A model generated the notes under the pieces. The model saw only the letters and a program-made list of their open reading frames with translations, made no database searches and was not told where the DNA came from. The translations under genes and the position numbers were made by a program. Below are positions 1 through 13,500 of a DNA stretch of 64,000 nt, one piece after another. Position 1 is the first letter of the stretch; each line of letters starts with the position of its first letter. The DNA lies in NCBI GenBank assembly GCA_964016885.1, contig OZ024740.1, positions 217,124,001-217,188,000 of the forward strand, given 5' to 3'. This DNA comes from Eledone cirrhosa (lineage: Eukaryota).

Positions 1-435
1 TATATATCCTCATAGCAGCCGATGGCAACTTCTTTTTCTGTCTTTTAAGGGTCTTTATCCTATTGTATGAGCTATCTTTCTGTGCTTGAGCACTTTCTTT
101 ATACTTATATATATATATATATTGTATATATATATTTCATATATATATATATATATATATGTATATGTATGCATGTATATATTTTATATATATATATATA
201 TAGGCGCGTGGCTGAATGGTAAGAGAATTGAACTCTCAATCGTGAGGTTGTGAGTTTGATTCCTGGACTGGGCGATGCGTTATGTCCTTAGGCAAGACAC
301 TTTATTTCACGTTGCTCCTTCTACCTGGAGTTGCAACCGATAGATAGTATTAGCAATTGGAAAGACCAATGGAAACATTGTTTCCTCGGTCCGATTTGAC
401 GAAAGTCAATCGATTAAAAATATATATATTTATGG

Positions 436-778
436 AGGCACATGGTTTAGTGGTTAGAGCATTGGCCTTGCAATCGAAAGGTTGTGAGTTCAATTCTCAG
501 ACCGGGTGATGTGTTGTTTCCTTGAGCAAGACACTTTATTTCACATTGCTCCAGTTTTCTCAGCTGTAGAAATGAGATGATAGGGACTGGGGTCCCTATC
601 ATTCCACTGCAAAGTGGTCGTGGGGGTGCCACAGCAAAAAAGCACCCAGCACTCACTGTAAATGAGGTTGGTGTTAGGAAGGGCATCCAGCTGTAGAAAT
701 CAAGCCAGAATCAGTTCCCGTCCCACCCTCGCAAGCAGGGAAAAGCGGACGTAAAATGAAATGATGAATGATGATGAT
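436..778 (+). mobile_element. tRNA-derived SINE (family B) with RTE-like 3' tail
   Basis: tRNA-like head (TGGTTTAGTGG ... GAGTTCAATTC), core CCTTGAGCAAGACACTTTATTTCAC, tail matching 2160-2325 of the RTE element. Related copies at ~203-320, 8182-8460, 11790-11960, 22680-22920 (-), 49008-49262 and 62760-62935 (-). Confidence 0.75.
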
Positions 779-781
779 TTC

Positions 782-812
<31 letters not shown>

Positions 813-840
813 TATTTCATATATTTCATATATATATATA

Positions 841-2329
841 TATAAAGAAACAGTCAGCAAGGTTAGAATTAACAACGAATATAGTGAAGAGTTTAGCGTA
901 AAAGTTGGCGTCCATCAGGGCTCTGTTCTCAGCCCCCTACTATTTATTATTGCCCTTCAGGCTATAACAGAGGAGTTCAAGACAGGCTGCCCATGGGAAC
1001 TCCTATACGCAGACGACCTGACACTCATAGCGGAATCAATGGCCGAGCTAGAGAAGAAATTCCAAACATGGAAGCACGGCCTAGAGTCAAAAGGACTTAA
1101 AATTAACCTGGCTAAGACCAAAGTTCTAGTTTGTAGGAAAGAAAACAAGGCGGCGGTCCCTTCTGGGAAATGGTCGTGCTCGGTATGTAGGAAAGGCGTA
1201 GGTAGAAACTCCATCTTATGTCCTAAATGCAAAGTATGGGTGCATAAAAGATGTAGTGGGATCACAGGTAAGCTAACTAAGAACATAGACTTTACATGTG
1301 GCCGGTGTTCTGGTGCAATAAGTAGCAGCAAGTGCCCACAAAATACTAGCTCTTTCAATTGCGCAGAGGGTTCTATAGAAATAGTGGACAGCTTCCGTTA
1401 CCTGGGCGATAAAATCAGCAGTGGGGGAGGGTGCTCTGAAAGTACTGTAGCTAGAGTCAGAACTGGTTGGAAAAAGTTCAGAGAGCTTATACCACTATTA
1501 GCTGCTAAAGGGTTCTCCCTAAAAATGAAAGGCAGGTTGTACGATGCCTGCATACGAACAGCAATGTTGCATGGTAGTGAGACCTGGGCATTGTGTGCAG
1601 AGGATATACGCAGACTAGAGAGGAACGAAGCTTGCATGCTCCGCTGGATGTGTAACAGTAATATACGTGAACGGCAAAGCATAAACGAACTAAGGAAAAA
1701 ATTAGAGATAAGAGGGATCAGATGTTGTTTACTCGAGAGAAGGCTGCGTTGGTATGGACACGTGATGCGCATGAAAGTCGATAGCTGTATTACAAAGTGC
1801 AGGGCAATAAAGATAGACGGTAGCCACGGAATAGGCAGACCTAGAAAAACATGGGATGAGCTGATAAACTCCGACCTCACACACTTACACCTCTCCAAGA
1901 CAATGTCACTGGACCGTGACCTTTGGCGGTACTCAGTAACAGAGAAGACCCGCCTTGCCAGTAGGCATCTCTAACAAAATACACCCCTCCCGCCGCCACC
2001 CCCACCCCATCCACACCACCCCGTTCGATGTAAAGTTATGTTGGTGCCGCGCCATCCAGGCCGAAACAAATGAGATCGTGTAGGTGTCACGACAAAAAAA
2101 CACACAGTCCACGCTGTAATGTGGCCGTGTAGGCAACACGGTAAAAACCTCCCAGACCCACACTGTAAATGTGGTTGGTGTTAGGAAGGGCATCCAACTG
2201 TAGAAAACCTGCCAGACAGTCCTATGCGAGCAAGACAATCACTCTTGCCTCAAGTGGGACTACCCCCGTCCAAACCCATGCAAGCGTGGAACACGGACGT
2301 TAAACGTTGATGATGATGATGATGATGAT
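841..2329 (+). mobile_element. 5'-truncated RTE-clade LINE: RT C-terminal half (open frame 841-1974), 3' UTR and (GAT)n tail
   Basis: GVHQGSVLSPLLF, LLYADDL, KTK...FRYLG, YGSETW-like MLHGSETW, RRLRWYGHV and GRPRKTW motifs; Cys/His-rich insert; inserted in TA microsatellite. Confidence 0.92.
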
Positions 2330-2609
2330 ATATATATGTTTATAGATATATAATAACCATCATTGTTATGTTTGGTGTAACAACTATGTAAACTGAAGAA
2401 CATTTACTGATATTATCCCAACTTTTCAGGTTGTCATCATCATCATCATTGTCTTAGTGTTAGTAGGCAACAATATATATATATATATGGATCAATGAGT
2501 AAATAAAGTTGACTTCAGTTAATCCATAATCTCCAATATTTGCAAGGAAACATGTGTGGCCAATCAACACACTGTCAGCCTCATATATTAACTTTTGTAT
2601 TTCTCACTT

Positions 2610-3518
2610 ATACTATCATCACTGTCATCATCACTGTCACTGTCATCACCACTGTCATCACCACCATCAGTCATTATCACCATCACCACCATCAGTGTCA
2701 TCACTGGCATCACCACCACCACTACCATCACCACTGTCATCATCACCATCACCACCATCACCACTATGAGTGTCATCACAGGCATCACCACCATCACTGT
2801 CATCACTACCATCACCACTGTCATCATCACCATCACCACCATCAGTCACCACTACCACCATCACTGTCATCATCACCACCACCACCATCACTGTCATCAC
2901 CACCACCATCACTGTCATCTCCACCATCACTGTCACCACTACCACCATCACTGTCATCACCACCATCACTGTCACCACTACCACCATCACTGTCATCACC
3001 ACCATCACTGTCATCACCACCATCACTGCCATCACCACCATCACTGTCATCACCATCATCACCACCACTGTCACCACCATCACCATCACTATCACCACTA
3101 CCATCACCATCACTATCATCACCACCATCACCACCATCACCACTATGAGTGTCATCACAGGCATCACCACCATCACCACCATCACTGTCATCACCACCAT
3201 CACTGCCATCACCACCATCACTGTCATCACCATCATCACCACCACTGTCACCACCATCACCATCACTATCACCACTACCATCACCATCACTATCATCACC
3301 ACCATCACCACCATCACCACTATGAGTGTCATCACAGGCATCACCACCATCACCACCATCACTGTCATCACCACCATCACTGCCATCACCACCATCACTG
3401 TCATCACCACCACCGTCACCACCATCACCACCACTATCACCACCACCATCACCATCACCATCATCACCACCATCACCACCATCACCATCATCACCACCAT
3501 CACCACCACCATCATCAT
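2610..3518. repeat. Degenerate (CAY)n trinucleotide array with internal 177-bp duplication
   Basis: CAC/CAT triplets with recurrent CTGTCATC; block ATGAGTGTCATCACAGGC at ~2766, 3145 and 3322. Confidence 0.9.
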
Positions 3519-3519
3519 T

Positions 3520-4245
3520 ATCTTTCTGGCTGTGTCTTTGTTAGTCTCTCTCTCCTTCAGTCTATCTGTTAGCTTCTCTTTGTTAGTCTCTTTCTCTCTC
3601 TCATCTCTTTGTTTGTCTGTTTGTAGTCACTCTCTCTATCTCTTCACTCTCTCTTTCTTTCTCTCTCTCTCGTTCTCTCTTTTTGCTTGTCTCTTATTTT
3701 CTCCCTCTGCTCTTTCTTTCTCTCCCCTTCACAATGAATCTCTTGTGACTCTACATCTCTTTTTCTTAGTCTCTTATTTTCTCTTACAATTCCTCCCTCT
3801 TCCCCCTCTCTCTCTTTCCCTCCTCTCTCTCTCATTGCCTTTTCTCTCTATTTTGCTCTTTGATCTTACAATCTTTGTCTCTCTGCCTCCCTCTTTCCCT
3901 CTCTGTCTTTTCTTCTCTCTTCTCCCTTTCTCACCTTTCTCTTTCTACTTAACCCCTGCCCCCTTCTTTACTCCCACACTCCTTTCATTGCACTTTCTCT
4001 CTCTCTCTCTCTCTATTTTGCTCTTTGATCTTACAATCTCTGTCTCTCTCTCTACATTATCTTTCTCTCTTTCTTTCTCTCAGTCATTACTTCTCTCTTA
4101 CATTATCATCCTCCTCTAATTTTCTACCCCTCTCTTTCTCTTTTTTTGTACTTACTCCCCTCCCTCTCTTTTTACACCCACTCTCCCCACCCTTCTTTAC
4201 CCCCTCTCTACTCCCCACACCCCCATACCTCTATATCTCCTCTCT
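3520..4245. repeat. CT-rich polypyrimidine low-complexity tract
   Basis: Almost pure C/T; internal duplication CTCTATTTTGCTCTTTGATCTTACAATCT at ~3846 and ~4011. Confidence 0.85.
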
Positions 4246-4665
4246 ATGTCATGGAGTTTATTTGAAATAAGTTACTATCAAAATATAATCAGGAAATAGT
4301 AACAGTCAGAAAATTTGGGTCCAAACATTGCACAGTTTTGAGTTTCAAGATTTTATTATTATTAGCTTTAGGGAAAGTAGTGAGATGGAGAGAGTGTGTG
4401 TGTGTGACAGTTTTTGTTATCATTCTTGGTCTTCTCTAGACTGGCAGATAGAAACACAGTAAGCTGAAGTTGATATGGTTTAAAATCTAGTTTGAATTCT
4501 TTAAATGTGAGGTGTTGAGGGAGAGGACTGAGGTAGAAAGTGATTTGCCAAGGATTCAAACTATTTTATGTTTGGGAGTGTAGAGATTGAAACAGAGATG
4601 ATGGATGGTTGTAGATATATGCTGTTTAGGTAAATATCAGTATGTTTAGTGTGTTAGGAAGGGAC

Positions 4666-4882
4666 TAAACCTTTAGGATTTACATTATTCTATATATATA
4701 CTATTGTATTTTCATGGCAAAAGATTTATCTCACATAATATTTAACCTATGAGATTTTGATATTATTTCTTTTGAGAACAATATCTTAACATCAGTATGA
4801 GTGGCCAGTTATAGCCAGTTTGAAGTGAAAGAGGTGAGAGAATTCTGGCTGGGTATGGCTGGTTTAAATGCTAAAGTGTTAA
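4666..4882 (-). mobile_element. piggyBac-type MITE (reverse copy of the 28357-28570 family)
   Basis: Reverse-complement similarity to 28357-28570; degenerate TAAACCTTTAG...CTAAAGTGTTAA ends. Confidence 0.65.
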
Positions 4883-5293
4883 TGTAGTCTTTTGGTTCTC
4901 TACTCTCTCAGTTCAAATCCTGTCACAGTCCACTTTTCAGGGGTGACAAAAATGTATCAGTAGCAGTGCTGGTGCCTATATCTCTCCTCACATCCTGTAT
5001 ACTTCATTGGTTCAAGAGAAGGCAAGAGAGAAGTTGAGAAGTTGTCTGTATCTGCTCACAACTACATGGGCACCTGAAACTCTTAAGCAAAATTATAGAA
5101 CATACTATCAAGTCATATTAAGTCACTTTTGATTGCAAGTGACATCCATAATTTTTAGTGTGTACATAATGAGTAAACCATCTAAAAATTCTCTCTGGAT
5201 TAAAATCAGCACTGGGGTCGATTTAATCAACCAAAATTGTTGGCCTTGAACCTAAATCAGAAACCATTATCAATACTTCTTGCTGACATTATT

Positions 5294-5487
5294 TGGATTG
5301 GCAGTATTGGTAGAGGGTCGGGCGCCATGCTTTGAAGCATAGTGTTACCTTCCTTTATGATCTGAGTTCAAATCCCGCCGAGGTTAACTTTGCCTTTCAT
5401 CCTTACGGGGTCGATAAAATAAAGTACCAGTAATACACTGGGATAATTGCTGGCCTTGTGCCAAAATTAGAAACAATTATTATTATA
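5294..5487 (+). mobile_element. tRNA-derived SINE (family A), ~190 bp, (ATT)n tail
   Basis: A-box-like TTGGCAGTATTGGTAGAG, B-box GAGTTCAAATCC, core ACTTTGCCTTTCATCCTTACGGGGTCGATAAAATAAAGTACCAG, tail GGCCTTGTGCC...AGAAACAATTATT. Confidence 0.85.
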
Positions 5488-5607
5488 AGATAAAGAAATT
5501 CTTATTAGTACTTTTTGTTGCTTTAACATGTGAAAATTAGATTTTATTCAACTTTGGTGGGAGGAAAATAATACTGGAAACAGCAAACATTATCTACTCA
5601 TGAATAT

Positions 5608-5646
<39 letters not shown>

Positions 5647-5817
5647 ATTTGGTTAATTTCTACAAGTTAGGACATCTTGGAAGATATGTGGTGGTGGTGG
5701 TGGTGGTTGTGGTGGTGGTGATTGTCACAGTAGTAGTATTGGTGGTAGTAGAAGCATCAATAGTATAAATAGTAACAGTATTAGCAGTGGTGGTGGAGTG
5801 AGTGGTAGTATTAGAAT

Positions 5818-5849
<32 letters not shown>

Positions 5850-7369
5850 TTAGTAGTAGTAGTAGTAAATCTGTGTAAGTTAGTTCCATCGTTAACAGAT
5901 TTATTCTGTTCCTCCTGTCTCTGTAATATTATTTATCAGTGGTGCATTGTTTAATATTTATTTACTTCAGAGAATGTGTGTGGGTTGGTGGGATTGAAAG
6001 GATTATATGCATATATATATGTATGTGTGTGGTTTATATATATATGTGTGTGTACATTTTATATGTGTTTGTGTGTGTATAATATATATATATATATATA
6101 TATGTGTGTGAGTGTGTGTTATATTTCCATATGTATATATGTATGTCCAAACACAAAAGAGAGGGAGAGAGCAAGAGAGAGATACAAGAACAAAGAGATA
6201 GGGAGAAAGAGGGAGGTGAGGTAGTATCTAGGGAATATTGTTAAGTTACTAGTATAAATATTAGTATGGGGATGGTAAATTGTTGAATTGTTGTTGTCAG
6301 CGTTCATTGGTTGTTTTTAATTTGCCATTAATTGCTCTCCCTCTATTAACAAAGACATTCAGTTATGTCAGCTGAAGTAAAACATTCTCAGAGTGAACAA
6401 ACAGGTCCAAAAGGAAATGGAGAGAATAAAACCAACAAATTTATCATGAATTATAATGAAAGATGACATTGGCTGTTGTGATCTTTATCAAGCTAATATT
6501 GATACAGGACTTGGCTTCCAATGAATGATGATTTTATAAACAACAAATACAGATACCAAATGGTTTAGATTGATATATTCATTGTGATTTTGGAAGGATT
6601 TCTATTGTTTCATGATTTCATAGCAAATATACTAAAATCAGAATTATCAAGTCAACACTATTTTCTTGTTGATTCTTATTTAAATATATATTCAAAATAT
6701 ACTAAGCCTTCTCCTGTTCCTCACAATAGTTGTTGGCTAATCTATGTAGCTAATACTTTTCCAATTTGTCTTTCCATATCTTTCTTAACTGGTTAATTTG
6801 TTGTACTACAGATAAATCATGTTTGAAATTATATTTTTCTGTTGTATATAATGTATTAAGGTTTATAAAATATATTTTAACCCCTTTGTTTCCATAAATT
6901 ACAGATATTTTTTTAAATAATCAAGAATTTGGAGGGATTTAATATAATAACTTTTAACAATAATATTTTAACCCTTTTGTTTCAATATTTTTAATGAAAT
7001 GCTGCCTATGATTTTCAGATAATTTTGAAAATAATCAAGAATTTAGTGGGATTTAGTATAACTTTTTGGTTATTAATTAAACTGGTGTTTGGAACATAAC
7101 TTAACAAAGTTCCTTACTTAAAATTATGAGTAAATAAATATAAATACTTTATAACAGTTTTGTATCATAGAATCAGGAGTGGTTCCTGGTACCTTGCTAT
7201 ATAAAAGTTTAAAAAATAAACATGTAAACTATTATAAATATGTCTTCATCCTCATTACCAGTTTTTGGTAAGCTCAATGAATGCGTAATTCACTGTCAAG
7301 CAGCTACCAAGTGAGGTTCAATACTATTTGTTGCATTTTCTCTTTACCCAATGCTGTCAACAATCATCT

Positions 7370-8156
7370 TGAGTTCTTGAATACCGTGATAGAGATGTGA
7401 CATGGGTATATGGGTATGACCCAGAAGCCAAAGCTACCATCAAAGTAGAAGTATCCAATGTTGCCAAAGCCCCCAAAAGAAATGTCAGGTGCTGAGCAAA
7501 ATGAAAGGGATGCTGTTTTCTTTAACTCTCTAGACATTGTACATCATAAATATGTACTTGGTAGACCCAGAGCAAGATGGTTGGATAACATCCATGAGCT
7601 TGGCTGGTCTTGCTTGGGGATCCAGTCGTATCAGTTGAAGACAAGACCCTCTGTAAGGAGTGTTTGAGGACTCTTCCCCCTACAACCCTCTCAGGAATAA
7701 GTGAGTGAAGAAGAAGAGAACATGCCATTACAAAGCAGTACTATCAGGAAGTCCTCCGTCTTTATGATACACTTCAGCATATAAGACAGAATCTGTGGAT
7801 TTTGAAAACTTAGGAACTGTATTCATGACAATGCCCTGGCTCATATGTCACTGCTGATTCAAGGATTCACTCATTCATCAAGTTCCCTATTCTCCAGATA
7901 TGGCTCCTTCTGACTTTTGGTTATTTGCCAAAATGATGATGCCACTGAAAGGCTCCTGCTTTGAGAGCCAAGAGGACATTGTGGAGTTGAGTGCTATTCT
8001 AGAATAAACATGACAGATATGCCTCAGTGGAAGAATTACTGGGCCAAGTGTGTGGAGGTTCAAGGGCTTACTTCAAAGAGGATGAAGAGCAATTGAACTC
8101 CACCAAGTACATATTTTTTTCCAGCTAAGGTTGGCTACTTTTTCAACAAACCACAT
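7370..8156 (+). mobile_element. Degenerate mariner (DD34D) transposase relic, interrupted by a retroelement 3' fragment at ~7560-7790
   Basis: Translated motifs TWVYGYDPE, VFFNSLDIVHHKYV, IHDNALAH, PYSPDMAPSDFWLF and WAKCVE; frameshifts and stops. Confidence 0.8.
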
Positions 8157-9244
8157 ACTTGTGTATGTTTATATTCTTGTGAAGCTGCATCGCCTAATGG
8201 TTAGGATGTTGGATTATGATCATAATGTCGTTGATTCAGTTCCTGGATAAGCTGCTGCATTGATTTCTTGAGAAAAACACTTTATTTCACATTGCTCCAG
8301 TACAATGAGCTGAGAGTAAGTATCAACAGTAGTTAGAGAGTTAATCCTGCGATAGTCTGGCATCCTATCCACGGAGAATCTTGTACTCTCCATCACTTAA
8401 TGCCACGGAAACTGGTGATAAGCTCTGGCCTAATGAGACTTCAGCTTAGAACAGACTTTAACTAACTTAACCTCGATTCTTACATATAAGTTAAGATTAC
8501 AAAATGAGACTCCTAAAACATTCGTACTTTATGTCAATTATTTGTATTCAATTTCGTTATAGTTTTATTGGTAAACACTTCTTCTTCTTCTTCTATTACG
8601 AACACAAATAAAAAGCCTTAATGTGTCGAACTATTTACAATAATGAAAGTATACATAATGATTTTAAAAAATCCCATCAACACAATCGTAATCTTCACAC
8701 CAAGGAAAACGTATATGCAACATTTCCTTTAAAAAATAAATATTATTTTATGAGGAAATGAATTCGTGTGGTGTGGCGGGAGTACTAAACTGTAGTTACA
8801 GCTATGATATTTAAAGGTTCATAGTTCGTTGTTGATGTCGTCAAAACGATGGATTACATTTATTTCAACCCCCGAATACAGTTACAGACGAAGGTTCCTT
8901 TTTGCTTTATATTTTTTTAATGTATACCGCCGACCCGTAATTGCCAAGCGTGGTGAGTACGTCTACACCTCTAACAACCAAACAGAAAACGGTGGCCGAC
9001 AACCAGGGAAGGGTTGTTCCAGCTGGAGTGAGAAAGCCCCGTTTGACGATGCACTACCACTATCACCATATTGAAATATTTTTCAAAGGGAGATAACTCT
9101 CACATCTAGATAAACATCAAGAGTAATACTTCTTGCTATATCCCTTCATAGAAAATGAAACATCACTCGCTGTTTACTCCAAATCTCTCGCATCGAGTGA
9201 AACTGATACGGGCTTGGTATCACGTAGACCATTACACAAATAAG

Positions 9245-9980
9245 AATAATAATAATTGTTTCTACTTTTGGCACAGAAATTATCCAGTACATTACTGGTA
9301 CTTTATTTTATCGTCCCCGTAAGGATGAAAGGCAAAGTTAACCTCGGCGGGATTTGAACTCAGACCGTAAAGGGCCATAACTATGCTGGAAAGCATGGCG
9401 TCCGACCCTCTACCGATACTGCCAAAATAATTGTCTCTACTTTAGGCACAAGGCCAGCAATTATCCAGTGCATTACTGGTACTTTATTTTATCGACCCCG
9501 TAAGGATGAAAGGCAAAGTCAACCTCGTCGAGATTTGAACTCAGATCGTAAAGGGACGTAACTATGCTGGAATGGTTTCTGATTTAGGCCAGCAGTTTGA
9601 GGATAGAGGAAAGTCGATTAAATCGACGCCAGTTCATTACTGGTGCTTTATTTTATTGACCCTGTAAGGATGAAAGGCAAAGCTAATCTCAGCGGGATTT
9701 GAACTCAGAACGTAAAGAACCGTGACTCTCTGCCGTGAAACATGGCGTCTGAGGCTGTACCAATACTTCCAATCCAAACAATAATAATGTTTTTTTTTAT
9801 AGGCACAAGGTCTACAATTTTTGGGGAGGAAAAGTCGATTAAATTGACCCAGCTAGTTACTGGTACTTTACTTCATCGACACCATAAGGATGAAAGGCAT
9901 AAAGAGCCATAACTATGCTACAAAGCAAGTTGTTCGTCGCTCTACCGATACTGCCAATCCACCACCCTCAATAATAATAA
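9245..9980 (-). mobile_element. Cluster of four head-to-tail SINE family A copies
   Basis: Four repeats of TACTGGTACTTTATTTTATCGACCCCGTAAGGATGAAAGGC with variants. Confidence 0.85.
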
Positions 9981-10360
9981 TCTACAATTATATATTTTTC
10001 CTGTCTCCAATGGTGATTTAGTTCAGTTATTGCATTTGAGTTGGTGTCCGATACTTTATTTATTTTAGTTTGTTTTACAAAAATTCCATTTTATTATTTA
10101 TTGGTAATGACTTAATTGTTTTATTGTAAACCATCTACCTAGATTCATAGCCAGTTCATTACAATCATTAATGGAACCTATTTAGTTATGTAATTTCCCT
10201 GGTCGGTTAGTTTAATAACTGGATGATTGTTTATTTGTCAATTGTCAAAGCTCTTTTGTCACAGATTCTGTGACCTCCTCAGTGACTATATTTGTTGTTA
10301 TTTTGTGTCTCTTCTTTGTTCTATTTTACACCATCTCGTTTTATTTATTATTTATTGATA

Positions 10361-10545
10361 TGAATTGGCAGTATTGGTAGAGGGTTGGACGCCATGCTTT
10401 CTAGCATAGTTACGTCCCTTTACAGTCTGAGTTCAAATCCCGCTGAGGTTAACTTTGCCTTTCATCCTTACGGGTCGATAAAATAAAGTACCAGTAATGT
10501 ACTGGATAATTGCTGGCCTTGTGCCTAAAGTAGAAACAATTATTT
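10361..10545 (+). mobile_element. SINE family A copy with TSD ATTATTTATTGATAT
   Basis: Full consensus match; direct repeat on both sides. Confidence 0.85.
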
Positions 10546-13500
10546 ATTGATATAGAGCATCAGTCTTGGCAGGTTTTTAACTCAGAAGACAACCTGACAT
10601 GCTAGCATAAAATCGTTTTTGTAATCAGTTCTTTTAAAATATTAATAGGTAATGTTCCAACTAAAGCTTATGAAGGTTTTTTTTTTACTATATAGTCAGG
10701 GAAGGAAAGGCTCATTTTTGAATCATTGACAAAAAAAGAAGGATCCAGTTCTCCATGTCAGGTGGTAGTGGTGGTGTCACAAGAAAACACCCCAGTACAT
10801 GCTGTTATATGGTTGGCATTAGGAAGGGTATCCAGCTGCCAACGTCATGCCAAAATGGAACATATGAGCCAGACACAGTCATCTGACCTGCCTGTCTAGC
10901 CTCAGCATGAAAACCTGTCTAACTCAAACAAATGTGGAAAGGAGGGCGAGAGGTATACTTAGACAAGAGACCATCTTCTTTGGGTGTTTCTGAAGAAGAT
11001 GGTCGATCAAACAGGAATTTTGAGATTAGAAATAGGTAATAACCTAACCACTACCGTGCTAATTGATACATTGATCTTCCACGACTAATCAACCCTCTGA
11101 AACTATTATAAAACAATGAACTAATTAACTACCTTCCTCTGAATTCTGGGATTTTTTCATTGTTCTATACACAAGCACATATATAAATGACTCTTTTACC
11201 TGGGTGGATCTTCTTTGAGGAAACCTTAAGTGGTGGTCACCTACTACAAAAAACCTACTGGTCACACTGCCTAATCTCATTGCAACCATCATTCTAAGGA
11301 TACATTGAGTTCTGACAATGTTATCAGCCCCACCACAACCAGGTGGAATACAACACATGTGTGTGTGTGTTTGTGTGTGAGCAACTATGAATGGTTCAAG
11401 GAAATCCGCTTCTATATATATTTAAGTTTAACATAAAATCCAGGCTGAAAAGCATGCTTCTAAATTATTCTCCCCCATTCCTGTTACACTTAATAATTGA
11501 ACTGAAATCCTACTAAATCAATGATGATCATCATCATCGTTTAATGCTAGTCTGCTTTATAAACCATTTCCTATGATTAATGGTGTTTCCTGGCATTGTT
11601 TTGTTTTTAACTTCTGGAGCTGTTCTTTCACATATTCTGGTAGTTTTAGTTCCTCTATTGCAGTTGGCTTCCTTTTCTCCTCTTTATTACACTAGAAAAA
11701 TTCTGACCTAAAGAGGATAGTTTAATTACATTTTTTTAACATATTGTTCTTAATTTATACAAGTATAATTTTGAGATACGGGCTTATGTCCTATGGGGTT
11801 AAAGTGTTTATCTTGTGGTTGTAAATCCAAGGTCGCAATCCATGACTAGGCAGCACATGGTGTCCTTAAGCAAGACACTTCATTTCACATTACTCCTATT
11901 CAGCTGGAAATCAATATTAGCAGCAGCAGCTCTGTGTCCCAGGTTGTACTTTTTGCCACTTAATACCACCTGAAACGATGATAAGATTTGGCCTGATCTT
12001 CCAATCTGTGCTAGCATGGAAAAAGAACATATTTTTTTATATAATGTTGATAATATAAAAAAGAAATATTGTTATCTATTTGCATCATAAGAATGGGATA
12101 ATAAACTGCAACCCCTAACACCATCCCAACCCCCATAGAGATAAGGACAGTTTAATCTTCTGGTTCTAAAAGAAGTGAAGCATGCATGTTATACTGGGTG
12201 TGTAATGTTTTACATGACTGACAGCACAAATTGAGTTGAAAGAAAAAATATAAGAAGAATTGAATGTAACATAGAAGAGAGACAATTGCTGTAAATACTC
12301 AAATATAAGCTGAAGGACCAACATGTTGATGGTAAAATGGGAGGTTGGCTTATATACCCCATCTAAACAATGTGTTGATTAGCTGCCTTGATTTATATAC
12401 GGGGTTTAGATTTTTTAGCATTTCTCTGACATAAAATAGGGTGGAGGGGCTTGGCTTATATTTGATTATATATGATACATTCGCATGGTCATGTGACATA
12501 TAGAGAGAGCAAGAGTTGTATTTAAAAATTAGCTAGAGTTTAAAGTGGATAGAAATTGTGGTTGAGAGAGACCTAGAACAACATAAGACGAATTTATGAA
12601 GAATGACCTCCAGAAATTTAACTCATTTTAAAGGGTCTCTATCTAAATTAAAATGCTGCAACATAATTTTTTATAAGAATCTCTTGTTAAATAATGTTAC
12701 AAATACCATTTTGATAATTAAATAACAATTTTAGTAAATCCCTCCAAATTCTTACTTCAAATATAATGCATTTCATAAGAAATATTGTAATGGCTTATGT
12801 CAGGTCAGGTTTACCATGTAACCCTTGCTTCATAGTTGAATGGTGAATGACTAAACCAACTCCCCTACCAGACCATGGTCTGGTGAGGAGGATAAGTGTA
12901 TTCTCACCAACACAAAAAACAAGAGCTGTTAAAAGGTAGGATGAACTCCTCAATATCAAATGCTATCCACCCTAACTCTATGTTAAATAGGCTCACCAAC
13001 CCACAATTGGCCAAGTGGGGTGAGTACAGCTACACCCATGACATGACTGAAACCAAAAAGAAAACAAAGGGGTTCAACCAGGGAAGGGTTCCTTCAACAG
13101 GAGTGAGGAGACCCTGGATTAGGTTAGGTTGGGTTGGATTGGATGATAATGAAAGGGTTAACAGCAAATTTCAACATCTATAATTTCTGGTTAGAATCAC
13201 ACTTTTATAAAAGAAAGCTATTACCTATTGATTACAATATCGTTTTCTCTTTTGCAAATTTAGTTATTCTTTATAATACTTGAACATTTTATTTTAAGAA
13301 ATGCTTATCTATAATGAAATTTATTTTATTAATGTTCCTAAATTTCTTATCTATAGTATTCTGCAGGCTTTGTTCATTAGCATTATAATTATTTTCATTG
13401 TCATGATTCGTCTAATAGTACCAGTCCAAGGCAGTGGATTAATAGAATTATTAGTATGTCAGATGAGATGCCTTGCAGTATTTGTTTTGGCCCTTTGTTT

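Noticed and set aside
203-520. tRNA genes
   Set aside because: A/B-box-like sequences are SINE heads that continue into repeat bodies; no complete cloverleaf seen.
957-1898. Antisense ORFs over the RTE element (likewise over 57788-58816)
   Set aside because: Shadow frames of reverse-transcriptase coding sequence.
2540-4119. His-rich, Thr/Ile-rich and Ser/Pro-rich ORFs
   Set aside because: Translations of a (CAY)n array and CT tract; open in multiple frames because of composition.
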